DNA of 64,000 nt from Leptogorgia sarmentosa (Eukaryota). The stretch lies in the NCBI GenBank assembly GCA_964658305.1, contig OZ210885.1, positions 3,844,001 through 3,908,000 on the forward strand. Reading direction: 5' to 3'. The position numbers and the translations under genes are program-made. The notes under the pieces are model-generated. The model had not been told where the DNA came from. It worked only from the letters and a program-made list of their open reading frames with translations, and did no database searches. Positions 13,799-27,038 of the stretch are shown piece by piece; the first letter of the stretch is position 1, and each line of letters opens with the position of its first letter.

Positions 13799-16535
13799 AT
13801 GGAAAGTTTGGTACGTTGGACGTTTATGTTCTTAGCAGCTATTGTCGTGAGTTCAAGGTAAAAGCTGTGTGAGACGAGCGTTATAAGTTAAGCCGTGGCT
13901 ACACGCCGGATGATTTTTTTCCTCATGACGATTTATCAAAATCGTAAACAAACTGTGTGGCTACATACTAGACAAATATTTTGACGACTATTAATAAATT
14001 TGATTTCACTGATTTCATAATATGAATTTTTCCCCGACGATTTTTCCCTTAGGCTTAGATTTTATTAAAATTGTAAACAAATTTCGAAAATATTTTATGT
14101 ATAGCCACTCACGAACGCGCGATCCGCCAGTTAGGAAAAGTTGAAGCGATTGACTTGTTTACAAAAGTATCTCTTGCGTAGCCACCTCAAATGAAAAAAA
14201 AAACACGACACGACGAACGTCTATATAGCCAATGAGATGCGAGAGTAAAATCGCCATTTTTGTTTGTGACCGAAATTTACACTACCATCAAAACGTCTGT
14301 GGATGATCGTCCAACCCCCTCCTGATGTCGTCATATCACAGCTCACTCTAAATACGCCTTTGCCGTCTGGATCAATGGAATAATCAATGTGACCTTTCTT
14401 ATAGTGATCACTTTGTCGTGCGCAATACAAATTAAAGTAACCAAACTTCGCAGTTTTACTAAATTTATGATGCGTTTTTCAACTGTGCTAATGCCTAGTA
14501 ATGAAATTTCTTAATTCAAAAGTTCGTCCGAAAGGGAAAGGTCCATTTGTCGTCGTCAAAATATTTGCCTCGCGTGTGGCCACCACAGTTTTTTGACGAT
14601 TTTAAATAAATCGCGGGGACTGAAAAATCGCCCGTGCAGCTGCGGCTCAAGACGTCAGTGTGTCTCGGCTAGAGGTCCACGTATATTCCCAGGGCCCCAG
14701 GCTGAGTTTGGTCCCTTCGAGGAGACGTTGCAACATGTTCGTACTTATATAAATTAAATGTTGCATTATGTTGATTACGTTTTCGCAAATCCAAACTCGA
14801 ATCGCGATTCCCATTGACAGGAAAGCAAATGATGGTTTATGTTTTAGCACTAAGAAAACCTAACTGAGACGAGTGGTGTGGAATAATAGCACAGACGTTT
14901 AATTGAATATATTTGTCTTTTGCAGGGCAAACGAGCAGTCTGAAATCCTGGATCTTCTAAACAAAACGAATAACAAAATTGATAGGTTAACGGAATTGAT
15001 TGAGAATCCATGCTCAAAGCCCAGTATGTCATTGGTAACATTTAACTTTTAGTATGTCACGTTTATTTGATAGCTCATTTTTGATCAGAGATGTCAAAAC
15101 TGGGGACCTGGGGTCTGCGGGGCAATCCCGCACTGACCTTTAAATTTTGAATATATATATGCATGCTTTTAACGCTAACTGATACGATAGGTATGAGAAA
15201 GTTTAGTTTGTTTATGGTCTATAGTTTATAGCTACATTTTGTATGAAAATAATATTTGGAACAAATTTATCGTATTTCACTTAATAAGTAACTGTCGCTA
15301 ACTATATATAAAATTTTGAAATTTTAATTCCCAATTACCATTCGGAAATATTTTTCAAATAATTATGCATGTATGGGCAATATTGAAATGAAAACATAGT
15401 CGATTCGGTCAGCTAGATGTAGCTAAATGTGCTCAAATTAAATCGTCTTTTTTACTACAGGAAAAGATTGCGCTGATCTTTATAAGAAAGGTCACACAAC
15501 AAATGGTGTTTATTCCATTGACCCAGACGGCAAAGGCGCATTTAGAGTAAGATGTGATATGACGACATCAGGAGGAGGTTGGACGATCATTCAAAGACGT
15601 GTTGATGGTAGTGTAGATTTCTACCGCAACTGGACAGATTACAAAAATGGTTTTGGTGATCCAACAGGCGCGGAATATTGGCTTGGTCTGGACAAAATCA
15701 ACCGACTAACAAATGTCGGTACAAAAGTTATTCGGTTTGACCTGCGGGACACAAGAGGGAACACACGGTACGCTGAATACGGTTTCTTTGCTGTTGGTTC
15801 GGAAAAAGTCAAATACAGATTAAGTCTGGGCACATATTCAGGTATAAGTTCTTCAATAATACTAGAAATACATACATGCAGCAACCCTTCGCTCGTCTTA
15901 CTTACGTTAACTCAATGCACCAATATTCTAACAACATGAAGTACCCAACCATTGTCGTCATAACAACAACATGGCAATTCATATTTTTCCGGGATTTGAA
16001 AGACAACAAACATGAAAATAAACTCTTTTTGTTAGCTCAAAAAAGGATTGTGTCGTTAAATTTGCCGTTAAAAGTTTCAATGTCAGTAAGCGTGTGAGTA
16101 AAGTGAGTTGGTGGCACTTAATTTGCGATATTTTACAATTTTTGTCTTTCGATCGATATCGTGGCACTTGCTAAGCTATGCGCAGCAAGTGATGCGCAGT
16201 GACGGAGCCCTTACGCTTTTTTGGCTGAGATATTACACTTTAGTTACCAGTTTCTTTCTCAATGTCTAGGAACGGCTGGAGACTCTTTTGGATTCCAACG
16301 TGACATGGCCTTCAGCACTTTTGATGTTGATAACGATACTTGGGGAAGAAAAAGTTGTGCTGTGACCTACCATGGAGCCTGGTGGTATGGTTCTTGCCAC
16401 CATTCTAATCTGAATGGCAATTATTACGTTGGCTCCCACAAATCGTATGCTGATGGTGTGAACTGGTTCACGTGGAAGGGATACAAGTACTCATTGGGGA
16501 AAACCGAAATGAAACTCAGACCATCTTGCTTTTGA
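13799..16535 (+). CDS. G3: signal peptide + short coiled coil + FReD, about 267 aa
   Basis: Exons 13799..13857 (MESLVRWTFMFLAAIVVSS, phase 2), 14926..15023 (ANEQSEILDLLNKTNNKIDRLTELIENPCSKP, homologous to the G1 exon at 1..86), 15461..15841 and 16270..16535. Total 804 nt in frame. One-codon insertion gives GAEYW. Confidence 0.85.
13891..14647. mobile_element. MITE with long imperfect inverted ends, containing an inverted FReD fragment
   Basis: AGCCGTGGCTACACG pairs with CGTGCAGCTGCGGCT. Subterminal GTGGCTACA..CAAATATTTTGACGAC (~13958) pairs with GTCGTCAAAATATTTG..TGTGGCCAC (~14552-14583). Confidence 0.6.
14272..14410 (-). pseudogene. Inverted fragment of FReD exon A
   Basis: Minus strand reads DHYKKGH...[37 protein letters not shown]; truncated at both ends with an internal deletion. 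Confidence 0.9.
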
Positions 16536-17269
16536 CTTGATGAATGTATTTTTCTACTAGTATCTTATATCTTATACCATGAATTACCTACTTTCATATC
16601 TTACATCGTTGTTCTACAGTAATTCCTACAAAAAATAACAATACATTTGTTTTTCATTATTCTTCTACACTCCTGCTTTGGTCCATGTTTTCATTTGAAT
16701 ATATAACGTAAATTTGCAATAACATTGTGCCATATTGGACCACTGATGTCATAACTGCCTATTTGGTAGCAAATGAATTAGTATTCACATTTCATTTGGC
16801 AACCAATCAGCGATCAGAATTCTTTCAAATGAGATAATGGTTGACAGTATTGGAATGAGAACCCCGTTGATCTGGTGAGCTAGGACATTAAAACTCTGTT
16901 GGATTAAATTTTATTTTTTTCAAACGGCCGTAGGAAAGGCGGGGGTCTATTAGTGAGATGAAAATTCCCATGAAGCACCGCCATGGTTGGCGCCGAGGTT
17001 GAAAATGGTCAGAACGTCAAAAATTGATAATTTGAGCCTTGTTTTCGTTTGCATACTTTCCGAAAATCCTCAGTTTATCAGGTCGAAATTGCTATTGTTG
17101 CACCTTTGGATCAAGGATAAAAAATTTCTTTCTTTTCCCTTGCTTTCATAAATAAACATGAATATATTGAAATGGCTTCACAAATTATTGAAGGGCTGCA
17201 CCCCTCGAACCTCCAAACCCATAGCCCCCCCCCCCCCCCCAATTGGTGGCTACGGCCCTGATTTCATTG

Positions 17270-17545
17270 CAAGAAAATATTGCTATGATTATTATAAGAA
17301 AGTTCACACAACAAATGGTGTTTATTCCATTGATCCAGACGGCAAAGGCGCATTTAGAGTAAGATGTGATATGACGACATCAGGAGGAGGTTGGACGATC
17401 ATTCAAAGACGTGTTGATGGTAGTGTAGATTTCTACAGCAACTCGAAAGATTACAAAAATGGTTGGGTGATCCAACAGGTTAATACTGGTCAACCGACTA
17501 ACAAAGGTCGGTATAAAAATGATTTGATCTGCTTCTGGGGCACAC
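17270..17545 (+). pseudogene. Orphan degenerate FReD exon A
   Basis: [27 protein letters not shown]...GSVDFY is followed by a frameshift and deletions after KNG. No exon B follows. Confidence 0.85.
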
Positions 17546-19723
17546 GTGGGCGTCAATTTAAAAGGGGCCTGGATTGCGTGAAACGATATTTCGTGATCGG
17601 ATTAAAAGAATATTTGTTAGACAATAATGAGTTTTATGGGTTTCCTGTGTCAAGAATTTACCAACTACTTTTCATAGTTTTTGCGCGAGTCTCAGAAAAT
17701 TGTGGGTTGTGATATTCCCCCAAACGTCTTCTATAATTACGCTCCTGCCGACAGGCGCAGAACAACATGAATATTGAGAATGGTGTATCATTCATGGTGG
17801 TGACTCCTTCGAATAGCGTTTGCAAAAGAACAATAGTACAATGCAGTTGGACTTCTGCATAGTATTCTATTGTTGTGCAACGTGCTACTCAATTTTGTTA
17901 TTGGTTGTCAACAATGTTCTTCAGCATTGCTATTACACCTGATTGCGGGCTGATTCAGGCTCAACATTCAACAATGCTGAAGAATATTGTTGAGAACTAT
18001 GAACAATGTGCATGGGCAGCACAACATCGGTGCGTCCTGTTTTTATCAACCTTGAACAAGTGATATTTTTTAGCTGTCCAGTTTCGTATCATTTTCTGGT
18101 ATACTCGACCTTTGTTTGCGATTGGCGATGGGGAATACTTCATATAAAAATATTCAAACCAATAGAACACATTAGGCTAAAGAGTTAAGCCCGTTTTCCA
18201 CTTGGAGATTTTCGACCAGAGGCAAAGACTATTTTCGAAAAAAATATATGCAGCAAGAATACGAATTTCCAGTGGCGGAAATTCAGTTCAGGAGGGGGGG
18301 CGGGGGGAGGGGGGGCAAAGCTTCGCGAATTTCCGACAAATTTGTTTTGATTGTTCATACTTTTTCTTTTTTGATGAACATGGACAAGCGCGGAAATGGC
18401 CAAAATGAATTTACAAACACAACATATCAGACAATTAGACAAATAGGTTCTTTCTTCTGCTCTTCCTTTATTTCTTTATTCCTTTATTTCAGAAAATTCC
18501 TTTACTTTCCACAAAATTCCACAAATTTTGCCATTTATCGGTCTTCAAAGATCGATTAGGGAATAGGGAACATATGACTATGAGAACAGCGAGCATATAA
18601 TCAGGTCTACGTATGATTTGCCTCACGCTCCTGTAACTTTTTCTACAGAATTTCTGTATATTCATTTGCTTTCAAAATTCCGACATAACCGAATATTTCC
18701 GACAAATTGCCGATTTTACGGAAGGTAGGGGGCGGTCGCCCCTTCGCCCCACCTGAATTTCCGCCAAAGCTCGGCATTACGATTAAATTAATAACTATAT
18801 GAGCAATTGTAATTTCAATGATATAGATTGCAACTGCGAACAAAATTATGTGCTCTGCAACTTTACCACAATTTTTTTACCTCATGGAATGGCTTTATTC
18901 ATCGCGAAAACAAATTTTTTCCGCCATCTTGTTGTTTTCAATTGGTTTTGTCACTAGTAGGCTATCACAAATGAGAATGCTAGTACAGCTCAGCCAATCA
19001 AAGTGCAGAATTTGTAATATCCTATTTGTGTAATTGTCGGATGGCCTCCTATAGTGGCAAAATCAAAACAACTACATGCCCGAAAACGAATTAATTTTAG
19101 CAGTGTTTCGGTAGAATTTTGCGAAGAATATGACATCCCAAGAGGCGAAACGTCTACTAAGTGTGGCCTGAAAACAAAAAATATCACCCTATACAGATAC
19201 AGATACACAGAATTGCTGAACACATGCAAGCGATATTGTTGAAATTATAATTGCTCATAATTGTAATCAATTTATACCGAGCCAATTTTGCATATTCAAA
19301 TCGGACAAGTGTGCTCCATTTCTTAAGTGTTTTCAAAGCTCTAAATTAAACGTTTTCTATACTTCTGGATTTCCCGCCAAAAACTATTTACTCATTCTTC
19401 CTATTTTCCAGATTTTGCCTAAAATTGTTTATATACTGTTAGTTCAATGTCTTGTCACTGGCTCTGTCTAATGCGCTGTCCTTCCAAATAATCCATACGT
19501 GCTTTGCGGTCTCGATTAGAAAATAGCTAATTTAATTTTCCACTCAGCGTAGCAGTTTTAATTTCGGTACATTTAAAATGCTAAATTGCATCTCACTCAT
19601 AATAAATACATTGTAATTTTTAATATATTTTAAGAATCGTCTTTGCAAGTCTAATGCATTTGAATATTGAAACATACCGAAAAATAATTTAATTCACTTT
19701 TGTGCACACGAATTCATAAAACA

Positions 19724-19793
19724 TCAGTCTTATTAAACAACAGCTACTTCGAATAACGAGGACAAAGGCAGTGGAAATATTATACTAAATTTG
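19724..19793 (+). promoter_or_regulatory. Candidate initiator and non-coding first exon of type-B genes
   Basis: TCAGT initiator-like motif at 19724 and donor TTG|GTGAGT at 19793/19794, conserved upstream of G7 (~48602-48669) and G8 (~54683-54751). Acceptor CTTTCATAG precedes each signal-peptide exon. Confidence 0.35.
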
Positions 19794-20554
19794 GTGAGTT
19801 TATAGTGCTGCAGTACATTTCTATTCAGTACATTTCAATGTACTATTTTTTCATATACTCAGCGGAAAGTCGTTTTAAACTCAATGTGAATATTTTTTGG
19901 AGACGAGCAATATACAAAACTATGACAACCGATTTAAGCTTCTTGTTTCACATTAGAAATGTTTCACATTTAATGAAACATCTTTGAAGAAGATATATAG
20001 AATTCAGAATTGAAGTATAAAAAGTCGTTCACACAGTATTTTGTGTGCAATGGATTTTTGCTGTTTTGACGACATTACTCCTAGATGATCTTATACATTA
20101 TCGACTTCAGGTTCCCGAACAAAGTGAAAGATTAATTATTTAGGCTAACTGTTTCATCTTAAAACAACAAAAATCTTACATGCAATTCCATTATATGAAT
20201 ATAGTCAATATTCACGTTCAGGGTGTCCCAAAATTACGGAGCCAGCATAAGTTACACTCATGTATTCGCTGAAATTTTTATTCTCAACTATGCAATTAAA
20301 TATATCACGCCCCGTTGAGAGCTTAAACGTTAACATCCTATTGCGTGAAAACAAAATTCAATAATTAATTGTTTTATTATTTGTTTAAGGCAATCAAACA
20401 AGTCTGTAACCCAAAGTTCTTCGCTGTTTTGTGGAAAATACAAATTTTTTGCGTTCAACTAATCTTCAAAAGCAACGCTAGGAATTTCTGGGCAAATCTT
20501 TCAGTGGCAAAAGCCATTTGTATTGAAAAAAAACAATTCCTTAGTCCTCAAGCA

Positions 20555-21225
20555 GCTATCGTCGTCCTCCTCAGTATGGCGCTCGTCAATGTGATTCGCA
20601 TTGTCATAGCAATATGCCGCAAACGCGTCATGATCACTGAGCTAAAGAATTACTGGAGAAAGTGCACTGGACTTTTTCCATACAACGAATTGCAGTTAAA
20701 AACATGGTGGATTTTATCGACGCCACTGGTTCTTATTTCTCACATAATTTCCACTGACCAACAGCGCGGTCTCAAGTGATTTTCCCTCTTTGTTTTTTCT
20801 ACAAAAAGCCGAAATTTTGTTTTTATATTGAAAAAATCAAGACGAAAAGGCTGAATTTTTGCACGGCTGAAACGGTTTCAAAATCCTTATAGAAAAGCAG
20901 AGTTTTTTGAACCCGAACTAGGTGAATGTAATTCTTTTTTGTGCAAAAATTTGAGGAAAGTATTTAAAATAGATGTCGCCACTCAATTCTGGTCAATGTT
21001 GATCTCATGAGAATTAGGAACCAGTGGCGTGGATCTGACGTGGCAAGCATGAAAATCCGCCATTATTTTGGCTTCAACTTTTGATGCAGTGCACTCTCTC
21101 CAGTAATTCTTCAGCTCAGTGGTCATGATTTTTTGCCGCGAAGGGATATGAAAACTTCAATTCCCCAATGTAAAATCTTGTTGCTTCTTGCAATCATTTG
21201 TCAATTGTGGATTTGAACAAATTAA
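20555..21225. mobile_element. Inverted-repeat insertion upstream of the G4 coding start
   Basis: CATGATCACTGAGCTAAAGAATTACTGGAGAAAGTGCACTG (~20629) is inverted at ~21087-21128. The segment is missing from the paralogous regions at ~49290 and ~55370. Ends approximate. Confidence 0.55.
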
Positions 21226-21618
21226 TGCTAAATATGCCATTAACCGTAGACATATATAATTTTGTTTTTAACTCTGCCAGAAAGTCTCTCCAAAGCGAGT
21301 TCGCTGCGATTTCTAGTGCAATTTCCACCTTTAACGGATGTGAACGAGTAAACCATACACGAATGTTCAGGCGAAGAAGCATGCACTCAGCACATTCTTT
21401 ATTAATCCACTCGTTCACATCCATCAAAAGGAGAAAATCGCAGGGAAAAATCGCTCGTACGAAAAGTTTTTAGCACAAATGATAAAATTAATTTACACAC
21501 ATGAAAGGTGGATAAATCGCACCTTAACTATACAGTACTGCATAACTCGTTTTATATTTTCTTTCATAGGAATAAAACGATCTGTCTAACTGATTATCTC
21601 TCAAATCTCAAGGCAACG

Positions 21619-24600
21619 ATGCATATAAAGTTCAATGTGCTCATCTTTTTCATTGCATGTACATTACGGGCTGTAATTGTCGCTGAAGAGGACCAAGAAC
21701 TGCAAACAAAAACATTTCCGAATTTTTGTTTCGATTCAAATCTCGAGGGTAAGTACAATATGTACACGTGCTGTGAAATCACCAAACAGCGACGGCATAT
21801 CGATAATTCGGGGCACATACAGGATGTCCCAACGCAACGAGTATTGAAAATAATCTATTGTCATAATTTCAATTGCCTAATGCTGAGCTGAATGTGTGCT
21901 TTACAAAGATATTTTAATTTGTGAACAAGACTATACTTAATATATGCACCTATCAATATTTTGTATACTCTTTACACTCAGCTTTACACTTCAGCTTTAC
22001 ACTTTGGGGCACCCTCATGTACTCGTGTTCACACAATTTGAACACAACTTATTTCAAAAGAGATTAGTATTATGTAGAACACGAATTTGTGAATATTCTT
22101 AAATAAATTGCAAAATTAGCTAAATAAATTGCAAAGCACTATCTTGATCGTGACGTTTAATACTCTTATTTAATTTGTAGGTTACAGACTAAATGTGACG
22201 ATTTTGAAGACAAAAGTGGTTTCTGATTGGCTTGCCTGTATATTGGAATGTGTCACAGAACCATGCTGTCGATCAATCAATTATAAAAAGACATCGATAG
22301 CTCAAAATGAATCGAATTGTGAAATGTTGCATAATACGGTCCACAACTCTTCTCAGAAATCTTTACAAGCAAATTTTTCTTATGACCATGTTTATCTCAG
22401 TAATCCTCAAAAGGTAAAAATAATTCACTACGTGTAAAGGTTTACACAATACGATTTGTCGGGCACAATTCGGATTCTGACGTATGTAGTCGAGTGAACA
22501 CGCGCGAGAAAACATTGATTTATACCGATCTATACTAAGACTGGATAGTGCATCTGCTATGAATAAACGAAGCCACTGGCGGCCATATTGGATGGGCCCA
22601 CTCAAATCCATTTTGGTGTCGGGGAGATGTCTTAAAAGTTTCTATACGTTTCTAGTTGCGTGTGCTAATGGAAAAACATTTTCCAGATAATTTCGTATCA
22701 GTAGTTGGTCTTATTTCTTCCTAAATTTGCCAATGAGTAAGTTATTGGGGCCATCCAATATGGCGGCCAAAAGCCTAATTACGAAATATCTGGAGCTGTA
22801 TTTCACAAATTACAATGGAAAATGTGTTTGCTTGTAGCCTAATAATTCAAAAATTTGTCCAAAATTTGACACGTTTATTAACCGAAAAATTGAGTAACTG
22901 AACACAATAAGATGTGTGATCCAGTATTAGTATAGATCAGTGGGAGAAAGTAGCATTTCAAATTACGGTTCCATCATGTAATTTTCATAGAGAGCAGCTT
23001 TTAGGAAGAACGTTTCCGTGGCAGCTAAGTTCTTGACAACGTAACGTTTTAAATTAAGGCCGAAACTCCACCGGCACGATTTGGCAACGCAGCGCGAATT
23101 TGTTCAGGGTTTAAAAGCAAATAATTAATAATACAATAGAAAGCTTCAGTGTACATCCTAGCAAATATCAATTCTAGCAAATCAATCCTACCAAAACGAT
23201 ATATTGTTGCCCCCCACCCCCCCCCCACCTCGGAAGCTGAATTTCCGCCACTGACGAATTCTGATTTATCTTTGAGTTTGAGTTTGATGCCATACAATCG
23301 ATGCCTGTCTACTTTCGACTTATATTTCCAGTCTGCCAGGATTTAGAACATCTTCGTTCTCCTTAGTTGGCATTAAAGCTGTTTCATGCGAAAGAGCATC
23401 TATTCAGTTTTTAGTAAATTTATTACCAGAAAGAATAAGATTATCCAAGTATAAATTATCGGTATCCATTTATAGGAATACAATGAAAGCTGCTTTTCGA
23501 AGGTCCTAAATGGCAATATAAAAGGTATGTGATATACGATGCAATGATCTTTTTGAATCCATTTTGGTTCAAAGTATTTTTACTCTTAATTTTTTAAGTA
23601 ATGCACAAACGTGTTGGTAACTGTAATAGACAAACTTAACGATCTCAAAATTGAAAAATTGAAATGTATCGCCACACTGACAGCGTGCCAATATAGTATA
23701 ACTGCAAAGTTTGAAGAAGGGGGATATTATAAAATGGGAATATTATGGCGATTCATATGAAACATTAAACACCCATTTCCAAATATGAACCTCTATTCTA
23801 ACCAAAATAATAGTAGGCACTAGGCAGTATAACATGAAAAACAGTTGATTGTTGAGCAGGTGAACAGTGTGTTGAATTAAACCGTCCTTTTTATTACAGG
23901 AGAAGATTGCGCTGATCTTTATAAGAAAGGTAACACAACAAATGGTGTTTATTCCATTGATCCAGACGGCAAAGGCGCATTTAAAGTAAGATGTGATATG
24001 ACGACATCAGGAGGAGGTTGGACGATCATTCAAAGACGTGTTGATGGTAGTGTAGATTTCTACCGCAACTGGACAGATTACAAAAATGGTTTTGGTGATC
24101 CAACAGGCGAATATTGGCTTGGTCTGGACAAAATCAACCGACTAACAAATGTCGGTACAAAAGTTATTCGATTTGACCTGTGGGACACAACAGGAAACAC
24201 AAAGTACGCTGAATACAGCTTCTTTGCCATCGCTTCAGAAGATGCCAAATATAAATTGAGTTTGGGCACATATTCAGGTATACTTCATGATATCACAGTT
24301 TGAAGTATAGGAGACAATGGTTGACACTGCATGTGAGCTCCATCTAATATCTGGAGTGAAGACTCAAGTGCCAAATGTACTAAGCCAATACTTTCGATTG
24401 TGTGAACGACTAAACCAGCCACGAATGTTCACATGAAGAAACATTGACTCAATGGCGTCGCCATGCAGGGAGACGATTGGGGGGAATTGGCCCCCTCAGT
24501 TATTCTAATAACCAACTTTGATATTGTTCTAAATCTGAAGTAAAAAGTTGGCGGGTGAACGATTTTTCAAAATGTTCGTTCATATCAGTATAGAAACATA

Positions 24601-25302
24601 TTGAATTAGTTCGCTCTCGGCAACCAGGTCAGTATAATAACACTCATGTCTTGCTCGCTACTCTCGTTTGTATAATTGAATACAGAGCTACCTCGAGGTG
24701 TATTAAAACGTTGGGTCGTGAATGCACCTCGAAGGAGCTCTGTATTCAATTATACAAACCAGCTGGTTAATTATATTTACCGGCTGGAAGTTCCCGGTAG
24801 AAAAATATTTTGTCGAGGTCTCTTTATCTTTCTTTTCATTTCACGATAGAAACATGGTTGAAATATGCATTAATACGACACCGAAATATTTCGCCGAAAA
24901 TATTTTCTTCCTACTTATTTCTAAAAATATAAAAGAGAAATTAACCTTATAAACATAGGTAAATCAACTGGTTATAGCATTTTTTTAAAAAGGATGAAAT
25001 TAATTAATTATTCTTTTAGTTACAACCTCCATTTTCAATTTCCAGGGACAGCTGGTGACTCTTTTGGATACCAACGTGGCATGCCCTTCAGCACTCGTGA
25101 CGTAGATAACGATCCTTATCACAAACATTGTGCTGTGATCTACAAAGGAGCCTGGTGGTATTCCACCTGCCACAGTTCGAATTTGAATGGCTTTTATTAC
25201 CTTGGCTCGCACCAGTCATTCGCTGATGGCGTCAACTGGGGGAAGTGGAAAGGATCCTATTATTCGTTGAAGAAAACCGAAATGAAACTCAGACCATCTT
25301 AA
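21619..25302 (+). CDS. G4: signal peptide + PAN/apple (type B) + FReD, about 348 aa
   Basis: Exons 21619..21748, 22181..22413 ([17 protein letters not shown]...NCEML), 23476..23524 (49-nt micro-exon [16 protein letters not shown]), 23900..24277 and 25046..25302. Total 1047 nt in frame. Confidence 0.88.
22512..22943. mobile_element. TIR insertion in a G4 intron
   Basis: GATCTATACTAAGACTGGAT pairs with ATCCAGTATTAGTATAGATCAGTG. G7 has the empty site CGCGCGAGAAAGTAGCATT (~50625). Confidence 0.6.
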
Positions 25303-25627
25303 CACGCATGTGCAATTTCGATTTGATGAATTATTACTGGTAGTATAGATAATACCATGGGTTACTGTACTTTCATATCTTACTTTGTTGTTTTAACGTA
25401 AATTGAAGTCAGTATGTACAAGTAGCTGGAATTTAATTCGAAGTGAGATTCAGTAAATGTTTCTTAATTGTCCCTGCGACAGTGTATCCATTGCACATGA
25501 TTTAGTCAGAAGTTTACTAATGGCTTCTGAGCTGTTGCGCTCAAAGATAAGATAGTGTTTGACGTCACCTGGTAACATGCCGCTCTTTCCAAGCACCTGC
25601 CAGTCCTGCGTGTATGCGGGGAATATT

Positions 25628-26953
25628 AGTAGTATTATAGGCAGCATCTGGCGCCGGAAGTGATTAGCATGCAGAGGGACATTGAGTTAATTAGTATGCA
25701 GTAGGAATGCATCTGCAACGGAAGTAATTGGTTTTGTCATGAAGATATGCATATTAACGATGTAGTGTGGCGCTACCAAGGGAAGTGTTTATTGATTCAT
25801 GTTAAAGGTGCCCTCCACTCATAATGTAAACAAATGCTTTGTTGACATTTTGAACAGCTATATTTGTAAAATATGATAATACTAAAAGCATATCTAACGC
25901 TGTTTTGGTTTGCTATGGTCATAAATGGATATAAACCAGAGTTTTGATTCAAAAAAAGTTCGGAACATTACAAAATTTTTGCAATGTTATATCTGCGGGT
26001 CCCGATTTGTTATGAGCAGAACCGATGCGCAGAACGGAGTGGACATCACCTTTAATGATGTAGCGCTACAAAGCTAACAACATGTGTGTTCAATGATATA
26101 GCGCTACAAAGATAACAATGAAAACTACTCCTCTTTCGGAGTAAAAACTACTCCTCGGTGTAGAAACATATGGTTTAAGGAACCTGAGCATGCATGATTT
26201 ATATAATAACATCGTTAACGTGTGTAAATAACCTTTACGTTTATGTTCAAGTTTAGCGCCAAGTGACGTAGGGGAGTAACGAATTGCATTACAAAGATAG
26301 TGCCGATAGTGCTATTAGCCTATTATGTGCAAATGGCCTTCGTGATGTAGCGCTACATAAGCTAACAATGTGGCACGGAAACATGTACTGTCCACTACAG
26401 GATCAAGAGAGTGAAATGTCAGAAACAGACAGTCAGAAAATGGACTCGGAAGGCGATTTGTCGACCGCTTCAACTCATTGTTCTGAAAGTCTGGTGACAA
26501 CAGACGACGAAACTGAGGAGGAAGAAAATGTCCTTGGGTGCCAATGGTAGAAGAAGCAATGCAAAAGTATAAAACGGCTTTTAAGGAAATAAGACGAATT
26601 TGATACATAGTGGCTTGGATGAGCAATCCGCTGGACAAAAAGCTTGCTGCGAAATCCTGCCAAAGTTCCAAAATGAGCTGGAAAATATCTATATGAATCG
26701 TCTTTTCTGATTGGAACAACTAAATAATGATCCAGTGGATAAGAAAATAATGCAAAGAAAAGATGCCTTTGTGAACGATGATCATTTTGACCTCGAAGAA
26801 GCTATATATATATCCACACTACCTCGTTAGAATGCATATCTTCATGACTATACCAATTACTTCCGTTGCACATACATCCCTCTGCATACTAATTACACGC
26901 TACCATCTGCATGCTAATCACTTCCGGCGCCAGATGGGCCCTATAATACTACT
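25628..26953. mobile_element. Non-autonomous Polinton/Maverick-like element
   Basis: Imperfect ~140-bp TIRs start AGTAGT and end ACTACT. Flanks AATATT / ATTATT form a 6-bp TSD, and G2 has a single ATTATT at ~3268. Internal decayed ORF (WVPMVEEAMQK...DPVDKKIMQRKDAFVNDDHFDLEEAI). Confidence 0.75.
25806..26051. mobile_element. TTAA-TSD MITE (Kolobok-like) nested in the Polinton-like element
   Basis: TTAA|AGGTGCCCTCCACTC ... GAGTGGACATCACCT|TTAA. A related decayed copy lies near 4100-4340. Confidence 0.6.
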
Positions 26954-27038
26954 ATTATTTATAGCTTTTTAGATTCACCTGTGAGTCATCACGTCCTCAG
27001 TTACATTGCTGTTGCGCTACCAAGAATATACGTTAAAA

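Noticed and set aside
19054..19242. ORF MAKSKQL... recurring at 47880 and 53667
   Set aside because: Frames differ between copies and recurrence follows the segmental duplication. It may be a decayed transposon fragment, but I cannot support that.
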